DNA of 64,000 bases, taken from positions 141,437 to 205,436 of the forward strand of contig JBGSRU010000002.1 of the NCBI GenBank assembly GCA_041737385.1, in the 5' to 3' direction. Positions 17,304 to 26,534 of this stretch are shown piece after piece; positions within the stretch are counted from its first letter, which is position 1, and each line of letters opens with the position of its first letter. Origin of the DNA: Candidatus Saccharimonadales bacterium (GTDB lineage: Bacteria; Patescibacteriota; Saccharimonadia; Saccharimonadales; SZUA-47). Both the position numbers and the translations under genes were made by a program. The notes below the pieces were generated by a model, which saw only the letters and a list, made by a program, of their open reading frames with translations, did no database searches and was not told where the DNA came from.

Positions 17304-20177
17304 CTATGCTCCGGCTGTAGTAGCTGCCCTGGTGTATGCGAGTGTTCGTTCGGGCAATACATAAGTTGTTGGAGGTGGGGTTGGAACACCAGTTTTGAAT
17401 GGAACATCAACTGCATCTTGGGCTTCATAGAGTACGCTATCTGACAGTGAAACTGTTACTGTTGCAGTTGTGGATAGTGTTGATATGTAGGTAAACTTAT
17501 AGATGCCAGCTCCTGCTATGTCCTGTGACCCATTCGGGATCGCCGTACCATTAACACTAACAGTTATACGTCCAGGGAATTTTTCGGAAGCTATAGGATG
17601 TGTGCCAGCAGCTACAGATATATCAAATGTATAGTTACCACCGCCATTATCCAATGTATTGATAGAAACAGTTGGCTTGACGTCTTCACATTTATGTACA
17701 TCATCACTATCTTGGCTGTTCGTTGATGTGTTATAGAATGGATCACTTGAGAACTGTGCTGCGCTACCGCCAGTGACTTCTTCTATTGCAAGTGGTGGTG
17801 TACACTCTGTTGCTTTTTTATCGCTTACTTTGTCTTTGATGATTTTATCACCTGCTGTAGTAGTCCCTGGTTTCTTGTACCATGACGGAAAGAGATCAGT
17901 CGAAGGGCTTGGTTCAATAGAACTTACTCCAACATGACTTTGTATGACGTATGCAGGAAGGGTTTGCACACCTGCAGGTCTAACTCTCTGCTTGGGCTCA
18001 ATACTATCGTGGGCACGTTGCATCCAGCCACCCCATATTGGTTGGGTCATATTCTCCATAAATCCGCTCATCTCAACTTGTCCTGTGTGATGGCCAACCC
18101 AAACTCCAGCTGAGTATTTTGTCGAGAACCCCATAAGCCAGCCGTCTTTATTGTCGTTGGTTGTGCCAGTTTTAAGAGAAAAATCGTGACCTTTGTAATC
18201 ATGAAATTTACGGCTCATATAGCTAGCACGAGGATCTGCCATCATGTCAGCAACGATATAAGCTGCATCTTCTCGTACAACTTGTTCTCCTGCGACCGGC
18301 TCCCATTCTAGAAGTTTTTTGCCGCGCGAATCTTCAACTTTAAGTATGTAAGTTTGTGGTATTTTATTGCCGTTTCGGGAAATTGTCGCATAGGAGTGAA
18401 CGTGCTTATCTAAGTTCAAGTAAGCACCGTCTCCAATCGCTGACGATGGATAACACTGTGTTTCTTTCGTAAAAGTAGTATCACCTGGTTCAAAGCACTT
18501 ATAGCCTCCAGCTTGTCTTTCTTCGTCATATAGACCTAGTACATTAGCAATTTCAATGGTTTTGTCTACGCCAGCTATGAGCATTGCTTTTACCGCTGGC
18601 ACGTTACGCGAGCCACCAAGTGAATAACGAAGCGTCACTGGTCCAGGGTATCGGAAATCATAGTCCCATAAACAGTTTCCACCATTCTTAGGACGTGCTT
18701 TGTTTGTGCAAGGATATCCTTCGATTGGACCTTGTGTATCGTAGAGCACTGAACCCGCACCAGCATTTTCAGTATGCTCAATCAACGAAAGATAATCATA
18801 AGGTTTGAAGCTAGATCCGGGAGGCAATGGTTGTTGCGCAAAATTGACTTCTCCTGCGCGCTCTTTATTGTTGAAGTCAGCTCCTCCAACAAGTGCAACA
18901 ACTTGACCAGTTTCTACGTCCTCTGCAACAAAAGCAGCAGTATCGCCCTTTTGTCTTTCGATCTGTCGAATTCCTGAGGCAACTTCCTCTTCTGCAATCT
19001 TTTGAAGATTGAGATCAAGTGTTGTGATGACTTTCCAACCACCTCGCAAGTAGGAAGCTTCGGTTAGATCACTCTCAACCTGTTTTTTAGCAGCCAATAC
19101 AAAGTGAGGCGCGATTATACCAGTGTATTTTGGTGTACGTTCTTTTAGCGTAGCAAGCGTATCAACCGACTTAGCGGCGTCACGCTCCTCGTTTGTTATG
19201 TAGCCTTCTTCAGCCATTATGTCTAATGTATAGTGTTGCCTTCCAATAAGCTCTTCACGGTCGTAGTAAGGTCCATAAGGGGAATAAGTTGGCGGTGATT
19301 TAGGCACAGATGCGAGTAGTGCTGCCTCATCAAGCGTTAACTCGCTTGCTGCCTTGCCAAAGTAAGTTCTAGCAGCAACTTCTGCACCATATTCAATCGG
19401 TCCGTATGGAGCAGAGTTTAGGTAACCTGTGAGGATTTCCTCTTTAGAATAGCTACGTTCAAACTCTACGGAGAGGATGAGTTCCTTGATTTTCCGCGTA
19501 ACGGTTTTGTCCGTTGAGAAGCCTTCAGTTGTAAGTTTAACGAGCTGCTGTGTAATGGTAGATCCACCTTGAGTGACACCACCACCAGTTATATTGCTGA
19601 ATGCAGCACGAGAAATACCTCTTACATTAAATCCGTTATGATTATAGAAATCTCGGTCTTCAAGTGAAATAGTCGCATTTTTCAGGAAGTCGGATATATT
19701 TTCAGACGCTACCGGCACTCGTTTCACGGCGTCATAGTCTTCCCAGAGGAGTGTTTCACCAGTTTTATCGTAATACCTAATACTTCCACCTATGTTGTTT
19801 CCAGAAATATCACGCAAGTTTGGCAAGTCTTTTCTGAAGAAAGCAAACAATCCTGCGAGAAGTAGAAAACCAACAGCGAACCCGATGCCGGTTAATTTAA
19901 GCGCCATATAGGCACCATCTCTGCTAAACCAATATTTGTACATTCGTTTCGGATGTAGTTTGAATAGTACGCGGCGTACTCGACTTTTCGGCATTCCCTT
20001 TAGTCGTTCAGATTTACGTAGTGACTTTGCATCGCGTCTTGCTTTGCTTTTTTCACTTAAGCTGCGGTTTAGCTTGATGGTTTTGCCAGATTTTGTAACA
20101 AACTTGTTACCTTTAACGCGTCTTTTAACTGAGCGTCGCTTACCCTGCAAGTCAGGACTCTTTGAAGAAGTGGTCAT
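17304..20177 (-). CDS. Class A penicillin-binding protein (glycosyltransferase plus transpeptidase) with a basic N-terminal tail and a C-terminal beta-rich extension
   Basis: GT51 motifs (EDRDFYNHNGF, GGSTITQQLVK, RKIKE), transpeptidase motifs SSFKP, SRN and KTGTT. 957 aa. Confidence 0.9.
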   Translation of the reverse strand: MTTSSKSPDLQGKRRSVKRRVKGNKFVTKSGKTIKLNRSLSEKSKARRDAKSLRKSERLKGMPKSRVRRVLFKLHPKRMYKYWFSRDGAYMALKLTGIGFAVGFLLLAGLFAFFRKDLPNLRDISGNNIGGSIRYYDKTGETLLWEDYDAVKRVPVASENISDFLKNATISLEDRDFYNHNGFNVRGISRAAFSNITGGGVTQGGSTITQQLVKLTTEGFSTDKTVTRKIKELILSVEFERSYSKEEILTGYLNSAPYGPIEYGAEVAARTYFGKAASELTLDEAALLASVPKSPPTYSPYGPYYDREELIGRQHYTLDIMAEEGYITNEERDAAKSVDTLATLKERTPKYTGIIAPHFVLAAKKQVESDLTEASYLRGGWKVITTLDLNLQKIAEEEVASGIRQIERQKGDTAAFVAEDVETGQVVALVGGADFNNKERAGEVNFAQQPLPPGSSFKPYDYLSLIEHTENAGAGSVLYDTQGPIEGYPCTNKARPKNGGNCLWDYDFRYPGPVTLRYSLGGSRNVPAVKAMLIAGVDKTIEIANVLGLYDEERQAGGYKCFEPGDTTFTKETQCYPSSAIGDGAYLNLDKHVHSYATISRNGNKIPQTYILKVEDSRGKKLLEWEPVAGEQVVREDAAYIVADMMADPRASYMSRKFHDYKGHDFSLKTGTTNDNKDGWLMGFSTKYSAGVWVGHHTGQVEMSGFMENMTQPIWGGWMQRAHDSIEPKQRVRPAGVQTLPAYVIQSHVGVSSIEPSPSTDLFPSWYKKPGTTTAGDKIIKDKVSDKKATECTPPLAIEEVTGGSAAQFSSDPFYNTSTNSQDSDDVHKCEDVKPTVSINTLDNGGGNYTFDISVAAGTHPIASEKFPGRITVSVNGTAIPNGSQDIAGAGIYKFTYISTLSTTATVTVSLSDSVLYEAQDAVDVPFKTGVPTPPPTTYVLPERTLAYTRAATTAGA

Positions 20178-20261
20178 AATTGGTTAATAAACTCCGTTAA
20201 TCAGAACCATTATAGCAAAAATAAGGACGACTCGATGACTAAATAAGTTATAATCGTCTAT

Positions 20262-21515
20262 ATGACACTATCAGAAGAGTTAGCTTGGCGAGGGTTTGTT
20301 AACCAAACAACCTATAAGGATGTAACGGTACTTGATGGGGATCCAATATCGTTTTACTGGGGCGTTGATCCGAGTGCAGATTCTATGACTATTGGAAATT
20401 TAGCGGCTGCGATGATGGCGCGCGTCTTCATGAAACACAATCACAAGGCACTATTACTCGTTGGTGGTGCTACCGGAATGATTGGTGATCCAGACGGAAA
20501 AGCAGAAGAGCGTGATCTACTGACCGTAGAACAAATTACTAAAAATAAGACTGCTATATCTGCTCAATACGATCAGGTATTCAGTGGTATGCCTTTTAGG
20601 GTTGTTGATAACTACGATTGGTTCAAGGGACTTGGGTACTTAGAGTTCCTGCGGGCTGTGGGTAAACACGTACCGATGAGCCAGATGCTCGGACGGGAGT
20701 TCGTACAATCTCGACTGACAGAAGAAGGCGGCGGCATAAGTTATGCAGAGTTTAGCTATTCGCTTATTCAGGGCTATGATTTCCTTCATTTATATAAAGA
20801 ACATGAAGTCACGCTTCAACTTTGTGGAGCTGATCAGTGGGGCAATAGCATTGCAGGTGTTGATCTGATACGGCGAATTGCAGGAGGAGAAGCACACGTG
20901 TGGTCTACTCCACTGATAATCAACAGAGCAACAGGTAAAAAGTTTGGTAAAACTGAAGACGGTGCGATCTGGCTTGATGAAAAGCGAACGAGTGTGTACA
21001 AGTTCTACCAGTTTTGGATAAATGCTGATGACGAAGGTGTTGAAGACTATCTCAAAGTCTATACTGACATTGACAAGCCAACGATTGAAGACATAGTAGA
21101 TGCGCATAACGAAGCTCGCAGTAATCGATTAGCGCAAAAACACCTTGCCTATGAAACAACTAAAATCGTTCATGGTAGTGAACGTGCTGATTCAGTAAAA
21201 CGGATAAGTGAAGTATTGTTTGGTGATGAAGACTACAAAACTCTTGCGAAAGAAGATTTTTTGCAGCTCAAAGATGAACTGGTTACTATTGCTGTAGAGA
21301 AGGGCGTAAAACTAATAGATGTTTTGGTCAACACAAACCTTGCTAACTCAAACGGCGAAGCACGGAGATTCTTAGAAAGTAACGCGATATATATTAACGG
21401 GTATCAAATACCACTAGAGAAAACTATGTTAGATGAAACAGATGCGATTGAAGGATTTGTTGTGCTAAGGCGTGGCAAAAACGCAAATGCATTAGTAGAA
21501 ATTAGTGATATTTGA
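20262..21515 (+). CDS. tyrS: Tyrosyl-tRNA synthetase
   Basis: A class I HIGH-variant region, KFGKT (KMSKS) and a C-terminal S4-like domain. Confidence 0.93.
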   Translation: MTLSEELAWRGFVNQTTYKDVTVLDGDPISFYWGVDPSADSMTIGNLAAAMMARVFMKHNHKALLLVGGATGMIGDPDGKAEERDLLTVEQITKNKTAISAQYDQVFSGMPFRVVDNYDWFKGLGYLEFLRAVGKHVPMSQMLGREFVQSRLTEEGGGISYAEFSYSLIQGYDFLHLYKEHEVTLQLCGADQWGNSIAGVDLIRRIAGGEAHVWSTPLIINRATGKKFGKTEDGAIWLDEKRTSVYKFYQFWINADDEGVEDYLKVYTDIDKPTIEDIVDAHNEARSNRLAQKHLAYETTKIVHGSERADSVKRISEVLFGDEDYKTLAKEDFLQLKDELVTIAVEKGVKLIDVLVNTNLANSNGEARRFLESNAIYINGYQIPLEKTMLDETDAIEGFVVLRRGKNANALVEISDI

Positions 21516-21531
21516 TACACTCTCTTTCGAT

Positions 21532-22293
21532 ATGAATAAGAAATTGAACAAAGCAGATCAGTACAATGATCCAAAACACAACTACCTCCAGTATTGGGAC
21601 GGTAGAGAGTATGAACATGCCGCTGAAGAGCTCGCAATAGCACGAATGCTAAAAGGTAAATCGTTTAAAACAGCAGTAGACGTTGGCGGTGGCTATGGAC
21701 GGCTCTCCGTATTCTTGCGAAAGTTTGCAGAGCAGGTGTACCTCGCTGAACCATCACAGCAACAACTAGATATTGCGAAGGATTTTCTTAAAGGGAAACC
21801 AAAAGTTATTTCTAAGCTCGCACAAGCAGAATCACTGCCATTCAAAGACGATGAAATTGATCTCGTTATGATTGTGCGTATTTTGCATCACCTGCCAGAT
21901 CCAATGCCAGCATTCAACGAGATACATCGTATTTTGAAGAAAGATGGCTATTTTTTGATGGAGTTTGCGAATAATGCTCACTTTAAGAATAGAGTGAAAC
22001 ATGCGGTAAAAATGCAAAAACTGCCGATAGATCCTATAGACATCAGAAGCGCGGCAAACCGTGGCAGTGATGAGATACCATTTGTTAACCACAATCCTAA
22101 AACGGTCAAGAAGCAGCTTGCTCAGGCAGGATTTAAACTAGAAAAAGTGCTGTCTGCTTCAAACTTCCGCTCACCAACACTTAAAAAAGTACTCGGCAAA
22201 CGAAACCTAATAGCGCTTGAAAAAGCGACACAGAAACCTCTTGCCCCACTTTATTTTGGTCCGAGTACGGTATACCTACTTCGAAAAGTGTAA
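21532..22293 (+). CDS. Class I SAM-dependent methyltransferase
   Basis: Motif I VDVGGGYGR and a post-I acidic residue, plus LKKDGYFLMEF. The start is ambiguous: GTG at 21505 overlapping tyrS, or ATG at 21532. Confidence 0.75.
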   Translation: MNKKLNKADQYNDPKHNYLQYWDGREYEHAAEELAIARMLKGKSFKTAVDVGGGYGRLSVFLRKFAEQVYLAEPSQQQLDIAKDFLKGKPKVISKLAQAESLPFKDDEIDLVMIVRILHHLPDPMPAFNEIHRILKKDGYFLMEFANNAHFKNRVKHAVKMQKLPIDPIDIRSAANRGSDEIPFVNHNPKTVKKQLAQAGFKLEKVLSASNFRSPTLKKVLGKRNLIALEKATQKPLAPLYFGPSTVYLLRKV

Positions 22294-22297
22294 ATAT

Positions 22298-22603
22298 ATG
22301 AGGCTTTTAGCGGGACTACAAAGAGCAGAAATCAAACAGCATGATTTTCCGGTTTCGATTCAGGGCTGCACGTCTGAAGGCTTTAATAGCCCAACACTCG
22401 AGATGGCTGCTAATGATGAAGTTACAGTTACACAAGCTGCTCAAGCAGTGCTCTTTATGCAACTTGACGGAGCAGATGAAACCTGCCCGCTCACTACTAT
22501 CGAAACGCAACAGAGAACTCCAGAAGATTTCCAACGTGCCTGTCGAGATTGCTCAAATGTTTACTTCTCTGGTGTGGTGTCGACACCAGTTTTTATCGTG
22601 TAA
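22298..22603 (+). CDS. Hypothetical small Cys-containing protein (weak call)
   Basis: It is the only sizeable ORF in the 328-nt gap between the methyltransferase and recG. It has no SD and no recognisable motif, and a competing overlapping frame exists. Confidence 0.3.
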   Translation: MRLLAGLQRAEIKQHDFPVSIQGCTSEGFNSPTLEMAANDEVTVTQAAQAVLFMQLDGADETCPLTTIETQQRTPEDFQRACRDCSNVYFSGVVSTPVFIV

Positions 22604-22621
22604 GCGTGTCATACTTACAAT

Positions 22622-24646
22622 ATGTCTAGTATTCAAGATATAAAAGGTGTGGGAGAGACTACAGCCAAATTGCTAGTGAAGCTTGGTTTGCAGTCGCCGA
22701 TTGATCTAATTGAGAACATTCCTAGGAAATATGACGATTATTCACGAGTAATGAGCGTTCGAAGCATTAAGCCGGGCCCAGTGACCATACAGGCAAGAAT
22801 CCATGCCATTACCAGTCGTTATTCAAAAAAAGGTCTACATATAACTGAAGCGTTGGCGTCTGATAGCACGGGAAGTGTCAAGATAATGTGGTTCAATCAG
22901 CGGTACCGAGCACAGTCGCTAAACCCAGATGCTGAATATTTTATCAGTGGAGATTTCGCACAAAGTTACCGCTATTTAGTGATTGCAAATCCATCCTGTG
23001 AGCTTGTTAGCGCATTTCCGCTTCATACAGCTAGGCTTGTGCCACAGTATAGGCTGACGAAAGGGCTGAGTGCTAATCAGCTTCGTAAGTTTACTAAAAA
23101 CGCGTTTGATCAAACTAAAGTCACTGAAACATTGCCGCAGTGGATCGTCGACGAAAAAGAGTTAGTCGACCGCAGAACGGCCTTGTTCAGTATGCATTTC
23201 CCTGAGTCACTTATGGCGGTTGATAAAGCAAGAAAGCGTCTAGGGTTTGAGGAGCTGTTTGAAATGAGCTTGGCTAGTGCGCTCAATAAACAAGATTTTG
23301 CACAAGAAAAAGCGCAGCATATTCCATTTTCAGAGAGTACAGTTGTCGAGTTCGTAAAGAGCCTGTCTTTTGAGTTAACAAATGACCAACGTAAAAGTGC
23401 TTGGGCGGTTCTACAAGACATGACCTCCGGCAGTCCGATGAATCGTTTGCTTGAAGGAGACGTTGGCTCTGGCAAAACAGTCGTGGCAACAATCGCTATG
23501 TTGAACGTTGCCGCTGATGGTAAACAGTCAGTGTTAATGGCGCCTACCGAGCTTCTAGCGACGCAACATGCAAATACGATTGAAAAAATATTGCCGAAGG
23601 GGGTAGCTAGCCAAGTTGTCTTGCTGAGCGCAGGCATGAAAAAACAACAAAAGGACGCAGCGAAACTAGCGATTAAAAAAGGTGATGCACGTCTAATCAT
23701 TGGTACTCACGCGCTCATACAAGACAAAGTTGAATTTAACGACCTTGGACTTGCGGTTATAGACGAGCAACATCGGTTTGGTGTTGAGCAACGAAAAAAG
23801 CTGCAAAGCAAAGCTAAGACTATGCCACACATCCTGAACATGACTGCAACACCAATTCCGCGTAGCCTTACGCTCACGTTGTATGGTGAAATGGACGTCT
23901 CCATAATCGCTGAGAAACCTGGTAATCGGACATCTACGACAACTAAAATATTGCTTCCGGAGCAGCGAAAAACACTATATGAATCATTGAAAAGCGTGAT
24001 GGATAACGGAAGACAGATATTCGTGGTGTGTCCGTTAATTGAAGAAGGTGAAGCTAAAGCCGCTCGCTCATTAAGCGTAGAATCTATTCATAAACAGTTA
24101 AAATCATGGCTGAAAGGCTATGAAGTTGCGCTGCTACATGGGAAAATGCCAGCGTCTGACAAGCAAGCAATCATGAACGACTTTATTAAAAATAAGATTA
24201 ACGTTCTCGTATCGACGACTGTCATAGAGGTTGGAGTAGATATACCAAACGCGTCAGTAATGATTGTTGAAGGGGCGGATAAATTTGGTTTAGCGCAGCT
24301 ACATCAGTTGCGAGGCCGTGTTGGCAGAGGAGTACACGCAGGGAGTTGCTATCTTATTCCAACAGATAATGACAGTGTCCCTAAACGACTTCGGGTGCTT
24401 GAGTCTGAAAACGACGGCTTCAAACTTGCAGAATATGATCTCGAGCTTCGTGGACCTGGAGCTATATATGGCACGATGCAACATGGTGCGCTGGACCTAA
24501 GAGTAGCTAAAATAACAGACACAAAAATGATTGCAGAGGCGCGTTCAGCAGCGCTAGCATATATCAAAAAGGGCGAAAATCTGCTAAAATATCCACAGTT
24601 GAAAGTACACGTTGACAGATTGCGCACCATTACAAACCTTAATTAG
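22622..24646 (+). CDS. recG: ATP-dependent DNA helicase RecG
   Basis: Wedge/OB domain, Walker A GDVGSGKT, DEQH box, and the TATPIPRSL and QLRGRVGRG motifs. Confidence 0.92.
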   Translation: MSSIQDIKGVGETTAKLLVKLGLQSPIDLIENIPRKYDDYSRVMSVRSIKPGPVTIQARIHAITSRYSKKGLHITEALASDSTGSVKIMWFNQRYRAQSLNPDAEYFISGDFAQSYRYLVIANPSCELVSAFPLHTARLVPQYRLTKGLSANQLRKFTKNAFDQTKVTETLPQWIVDEKELVDRRTALFSMHFPESLMAVDKARKRLGFEELFEMSLASALNKQDFAQEKAQHIPFSESTVVEFVKSLSFELTNDQRKSAWAVLQDMTSGSPMNRLLEGDVGSGKTVVATIAMLNVAADGKQSVLMAPTELLATQHANTIEKILPKGVASQVVLLSAGMKKQQKDAAKLAIKKGDARLIIGTHALIQDKVEFNDLGLAVIDEQHRFGVEQRKKLQSKAKTMPHILNMTATPIPRSLTLTLYGEMDVSIIAEKPGNRTSTTTKILLPEQRKTLYESLKSVMDNGRQIFVVCPLIEEGEAKAARSLSVESIHKQLKSWLKGYEVALLHGKMPASDKQAIMNDFIKNKINVLVSTTVIEVGVDIPNASVMIVEGADKFGLAQLHQLRGRVGRGVHAGSCYLIPTDNDSVPKRLRVLESENDGFKLAEYDLELRGPGAIYGTMQHGALDLRVAKITDTKMIAEARSAALAYIKKGENLLKYPQLKVHVDRLRTITNLN

Positions 24647-24716
24647 TAAATAGGAATTAGTAGGTAGTAAATGGGGATAAACTCCCCGTCTACTATTTAC
24701 TGCACCCCAACCCTTC

Positions 24717-25541
24717 ATGTGGTCAGGAACAACATTAACCAATAAATCAGGATCAATAATCGGTGCACATCAAAAAGTCGACCGTGTTGCTCGTAAATTT
24801 CTTGATGATATTACTCATACAGTTGGTAAATTTCCCGCAATAAAGGATATTATCCATTTTGAGGGCAAGAACGGTCCAGACGGTATCAAAAGTAAGAGCC
24901 CAGCCAAGGATGAGCCGTGGCATTTCTATGATCCATTCGATGTAGACGATACTCAGTTACTAGACATTTTAGACGGTCATTACAATGAGCTTGTAAAACA
25001 GCTTAAAAAAGGTTCACCCGAACGTGCTGCTTTTGACGCGGCTTGGTTAGCACATGCGCTGGTTGATGGTTTGACTCCTGCGCATCATTTCCCTTATGAG
25101 GAGCGATTAGTGGAGATAAGAGGCGGAGACAGCTTAGATACGCGCGATACTATTAGAAACAAAATAATCATGCCTGGCGATACGATAAGTAAAAAGCTGA
25201 AAAGTAACTGGCAGATGTACGGTTTTGGCGGGCTAATGAGCATGCATGGCTTCTTTGAGATTGGTATAGGTATATTGCTTGCGCCAATACACATGAAGGC
25301 TGGTAAACCATCTGAAACAGACATTGATGTATTAATTAAAATTGGTTATCAAGAGGTCTTCAAAAGAGCAGCGCGGGAAATAGCTTTGCTTGATATGTAT
25401 GATCGTTTTCACGAAAGTGGTTGGTCGGTAAAATTATCTCGCGACGTCCGAAACCATCTTGGCCCAATAATGGTAAAGACGATTACTATAGTTTGGTATA
25501 GCGCTATGCGTGACGCAGGACTCTTGAAGGGCAAAAAATGA
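24717..25541 (+). CDS. Hypothetical protein, possibly with an all-helical Zn-dependent phospholipase C / S1-P1 nuclease-like fold
   Basis: The His/Asp-rich pattern AWLAHALVDGLTPAHHF resembles the metal-site helix of that superfamily. The function call is weak. It has a 4-nt overlap with rsmD. Confidence 0.65.
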   Translation: MWSGTTLTNKSGSIIGAHQKVDRVARKFLDDITHTVGKFPAIKDIIHFEGKNGPDGIKSKSPAKDEPWHFYDPFDVDDTQLLDILDGHYNELVKQLKKGSPERAAFDAAWLAHALVDGLTPAHHFPYEERLVEIRGGDSLDTRDTIRNKIIMPGDTISKKLKSNWQMYGFGGLMSMHGFFEIGIGILLAPIHMKAGKPSETDIDVLIKIGYQEVFKRAAREIALLDMYDRFHESGWSVKLSRDVRNHLGPIMVKTITIVWYSAMRDAGLLKGKK

Positions 25542-26068
25542 GAATAATTGCAGGTGAGTTTAAAAGTAGGATCATAAAAGATCCAACAGGAAATCGTACT
25601 CATCCTATGAGCGAAAAAGCTCGTGGAGCAATCTTTAATGCACTAGGTGATATCAGTGGGCTGACAGTACTTGATGCGTTTGCTGGCACGGGGGCAATCG
25701 GAATAGAGGCGCTAAGCCGCGGGGCTGAGCGTGTTTACGCCGTTGATGTCGATACAGATGCGTTTGAAGTATTGCAGTGCAACCGCGACCTTATCACCGA
25801 CGAAGAACGCATGTCGGTACATCGGGCAAACGTTCGCTCGTGGTTACGGAACCAAGAAGGCTTAGAGTTTGATCTTGTAATTGCTGATCCGCCGTATGAT
25901 GCTATCGGCATGAACGCAGTTGAAGAGTGTGCAGCTCGGGTAAAAAAAGGTGGTATTTATGTACTTTCAATACCACTCGCAGAGCATATTGAATTTAAAC
26001 GTATGAAAAAGCTTGACGAAAAAATCTACGGTAATGCAAAGATTGTCTTTTATAAGAAGTTAAAATAA
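25538..26068 (+). CDS. rsmD: 16S rRNA (guanine966-N2)-methyltransferase RsmD family
   Basis: VLDAFAGTGAIGIEALSRGA motif I and the DPPY catalytic motif. Confidence 0.85.
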   Translation: MRIIAGEFKSRIIKDPTGNRTHPMSEKARGAIFNALGDISGLTVLDAFAGTGAIGIEALSRGAERVYAVDVDTDAFEVLQCNRDLITDEERMSVHRANVRSWLRNQEGLEFDLVIADPPYDAIGMNAVEECAARVKKGGIYVLSIPLAEHIEFKRMKKLDEKIYGNAKIVFYKKLK

Positions 26069-26099
26069 GTTATAATTACGCAGATCACTACTGTATATC

Positions 26100-26183
26100 G
26101 CGGATGTGGTGGAATGGTAGACACGCTAGTCTTAGGAACTAGTGTCGCAAGACGTGAAGGTTCAAGTCCTTTCATCCGCACCA
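26100..26183 (+). tRNA. tRNA-Leu (anticodon UAG), class II with a long variable arm and a genomically encoded CCA
   Basis: The cloverleaf was folded by hand. Acceptor GCGGATG/CATCCGC, anticodon stem CTAGT/ACTAG with loop CTTAGGA, variable arm GTC-GCAA-GAC, T arm GAAGG-TTCAAGT-CCTTT, then ACCA. Confidence 0.95.
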
Positions 26184-26191
26184 AGAAAAGG

Positions 26192-26213
26192 AGACCCATT
26201 TGGGTCTTTTTTT
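26192..26213 (+). terminator. Intrinsic terminator after tRNA-Leu
   Basis: AGACCCA-TT-TGGGTCT followed by T6. Confidence 0.8.
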
Positions 26214-26252
26214 CTTGGCTGTGGTGAAGGGATTTGAAGCTTCACGCATGAA

Positions 26253-26288
26253 GGTGAAAAATGCCAGTGGCATTTTGCAAGGAAACTT
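26253..26288 (+). repeat. Unit A of a paralogous 36-nt hairpin element (GGTGA-AAAATGCC-AGT-GGCATTTT-GCAAGGAAACTT)
   Basis: An 8-bp stem read directly. It shares GGTGA, the GCCAGTGGC core and TTGCAAGGAnACTT with unit B. Confidence 0.7.
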
Positions 26289-26325
26289 GACTCGATGAAA
26301 ACTCGTTCTCAATCATGTAATTTCG

Positions 26326-26361
26326 GGTGAGATGAGCCAGTGGCTCATTGCAAGGATACTT
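26326..26361 (+). repeat. Unit B of the paralogous 36-nt hairpin element (GGTGA-GATGAGCC-AGT-GGCTCATT-GCAAGGATACTT)
   Basis: Three stem positions differ from unit A on both arms, and pairing is kept in each case (t-a to a-t, a-t to g-c, a-t to t-a). Confidence 0.7.
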
Positions 26362-26426
26362 TCTTCATCAAACTAGTTTGATTGAATGAAATCTCGGGGT
26401 CGCGGAACGTGACCGCAGAATGTGGG

Positions 26427-26441
26427 CAAGTCCTTTCATCC
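26427..26441 (+). repeat. 15-nt direct repeat of the tRNA-Leu T-arm/acceptor 3' segment (CAAGTCCTTTCATCC, identical to 26163-26177)
   Basis: An exact match read directly, 264 nt downstream of the copy inside the tRNA. Confidence 0.75.
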
Positions 26442-26534
26442 CATCCTAAAAACAACCAAAGCTAATAACTATCCTGCTTAACCTTGCAAATAGCTCCTTG
26501 AGTGGTATTGTAGAATCAAATTGAAGAAGATACG

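Noticed and set aside
20178-20261. T-box or other riboswitch leaders upstream of tyrS, and likewise upstream of hisS at 31646-31663.
   Set aside because: The upstream regions are too short: the -10 box lies 7 nt from the tyrS ATG, and only an 18-nt gap precedes hisS.
20241-26076. An identical 14-mer AAATAAGTTATAAT at 20241 and 26063, and an identical 11-mer TGTAGAATTGT at 34948 and 50206, considered as possible specific regulatory motifs.
   Set aside because: By rough expectation, exact repeats of 11-14 nt occur by chance several to hundreds of times in 64 kb of AT-leaning sequence. They are adequately explained as -10-box contexts.
26216-26445. The idea that this region is a second tRNA-Leu interrupted by a group I intron, or that it is a tmRNA.
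   Set aside because: No acceptor stem can be formed between the two ends and the T-stem does not pair. The insert of about 145 nt would be too short for a group I intron. It has no tmRNA tag ORF, no 3' CCA and no P4-like conserved core.
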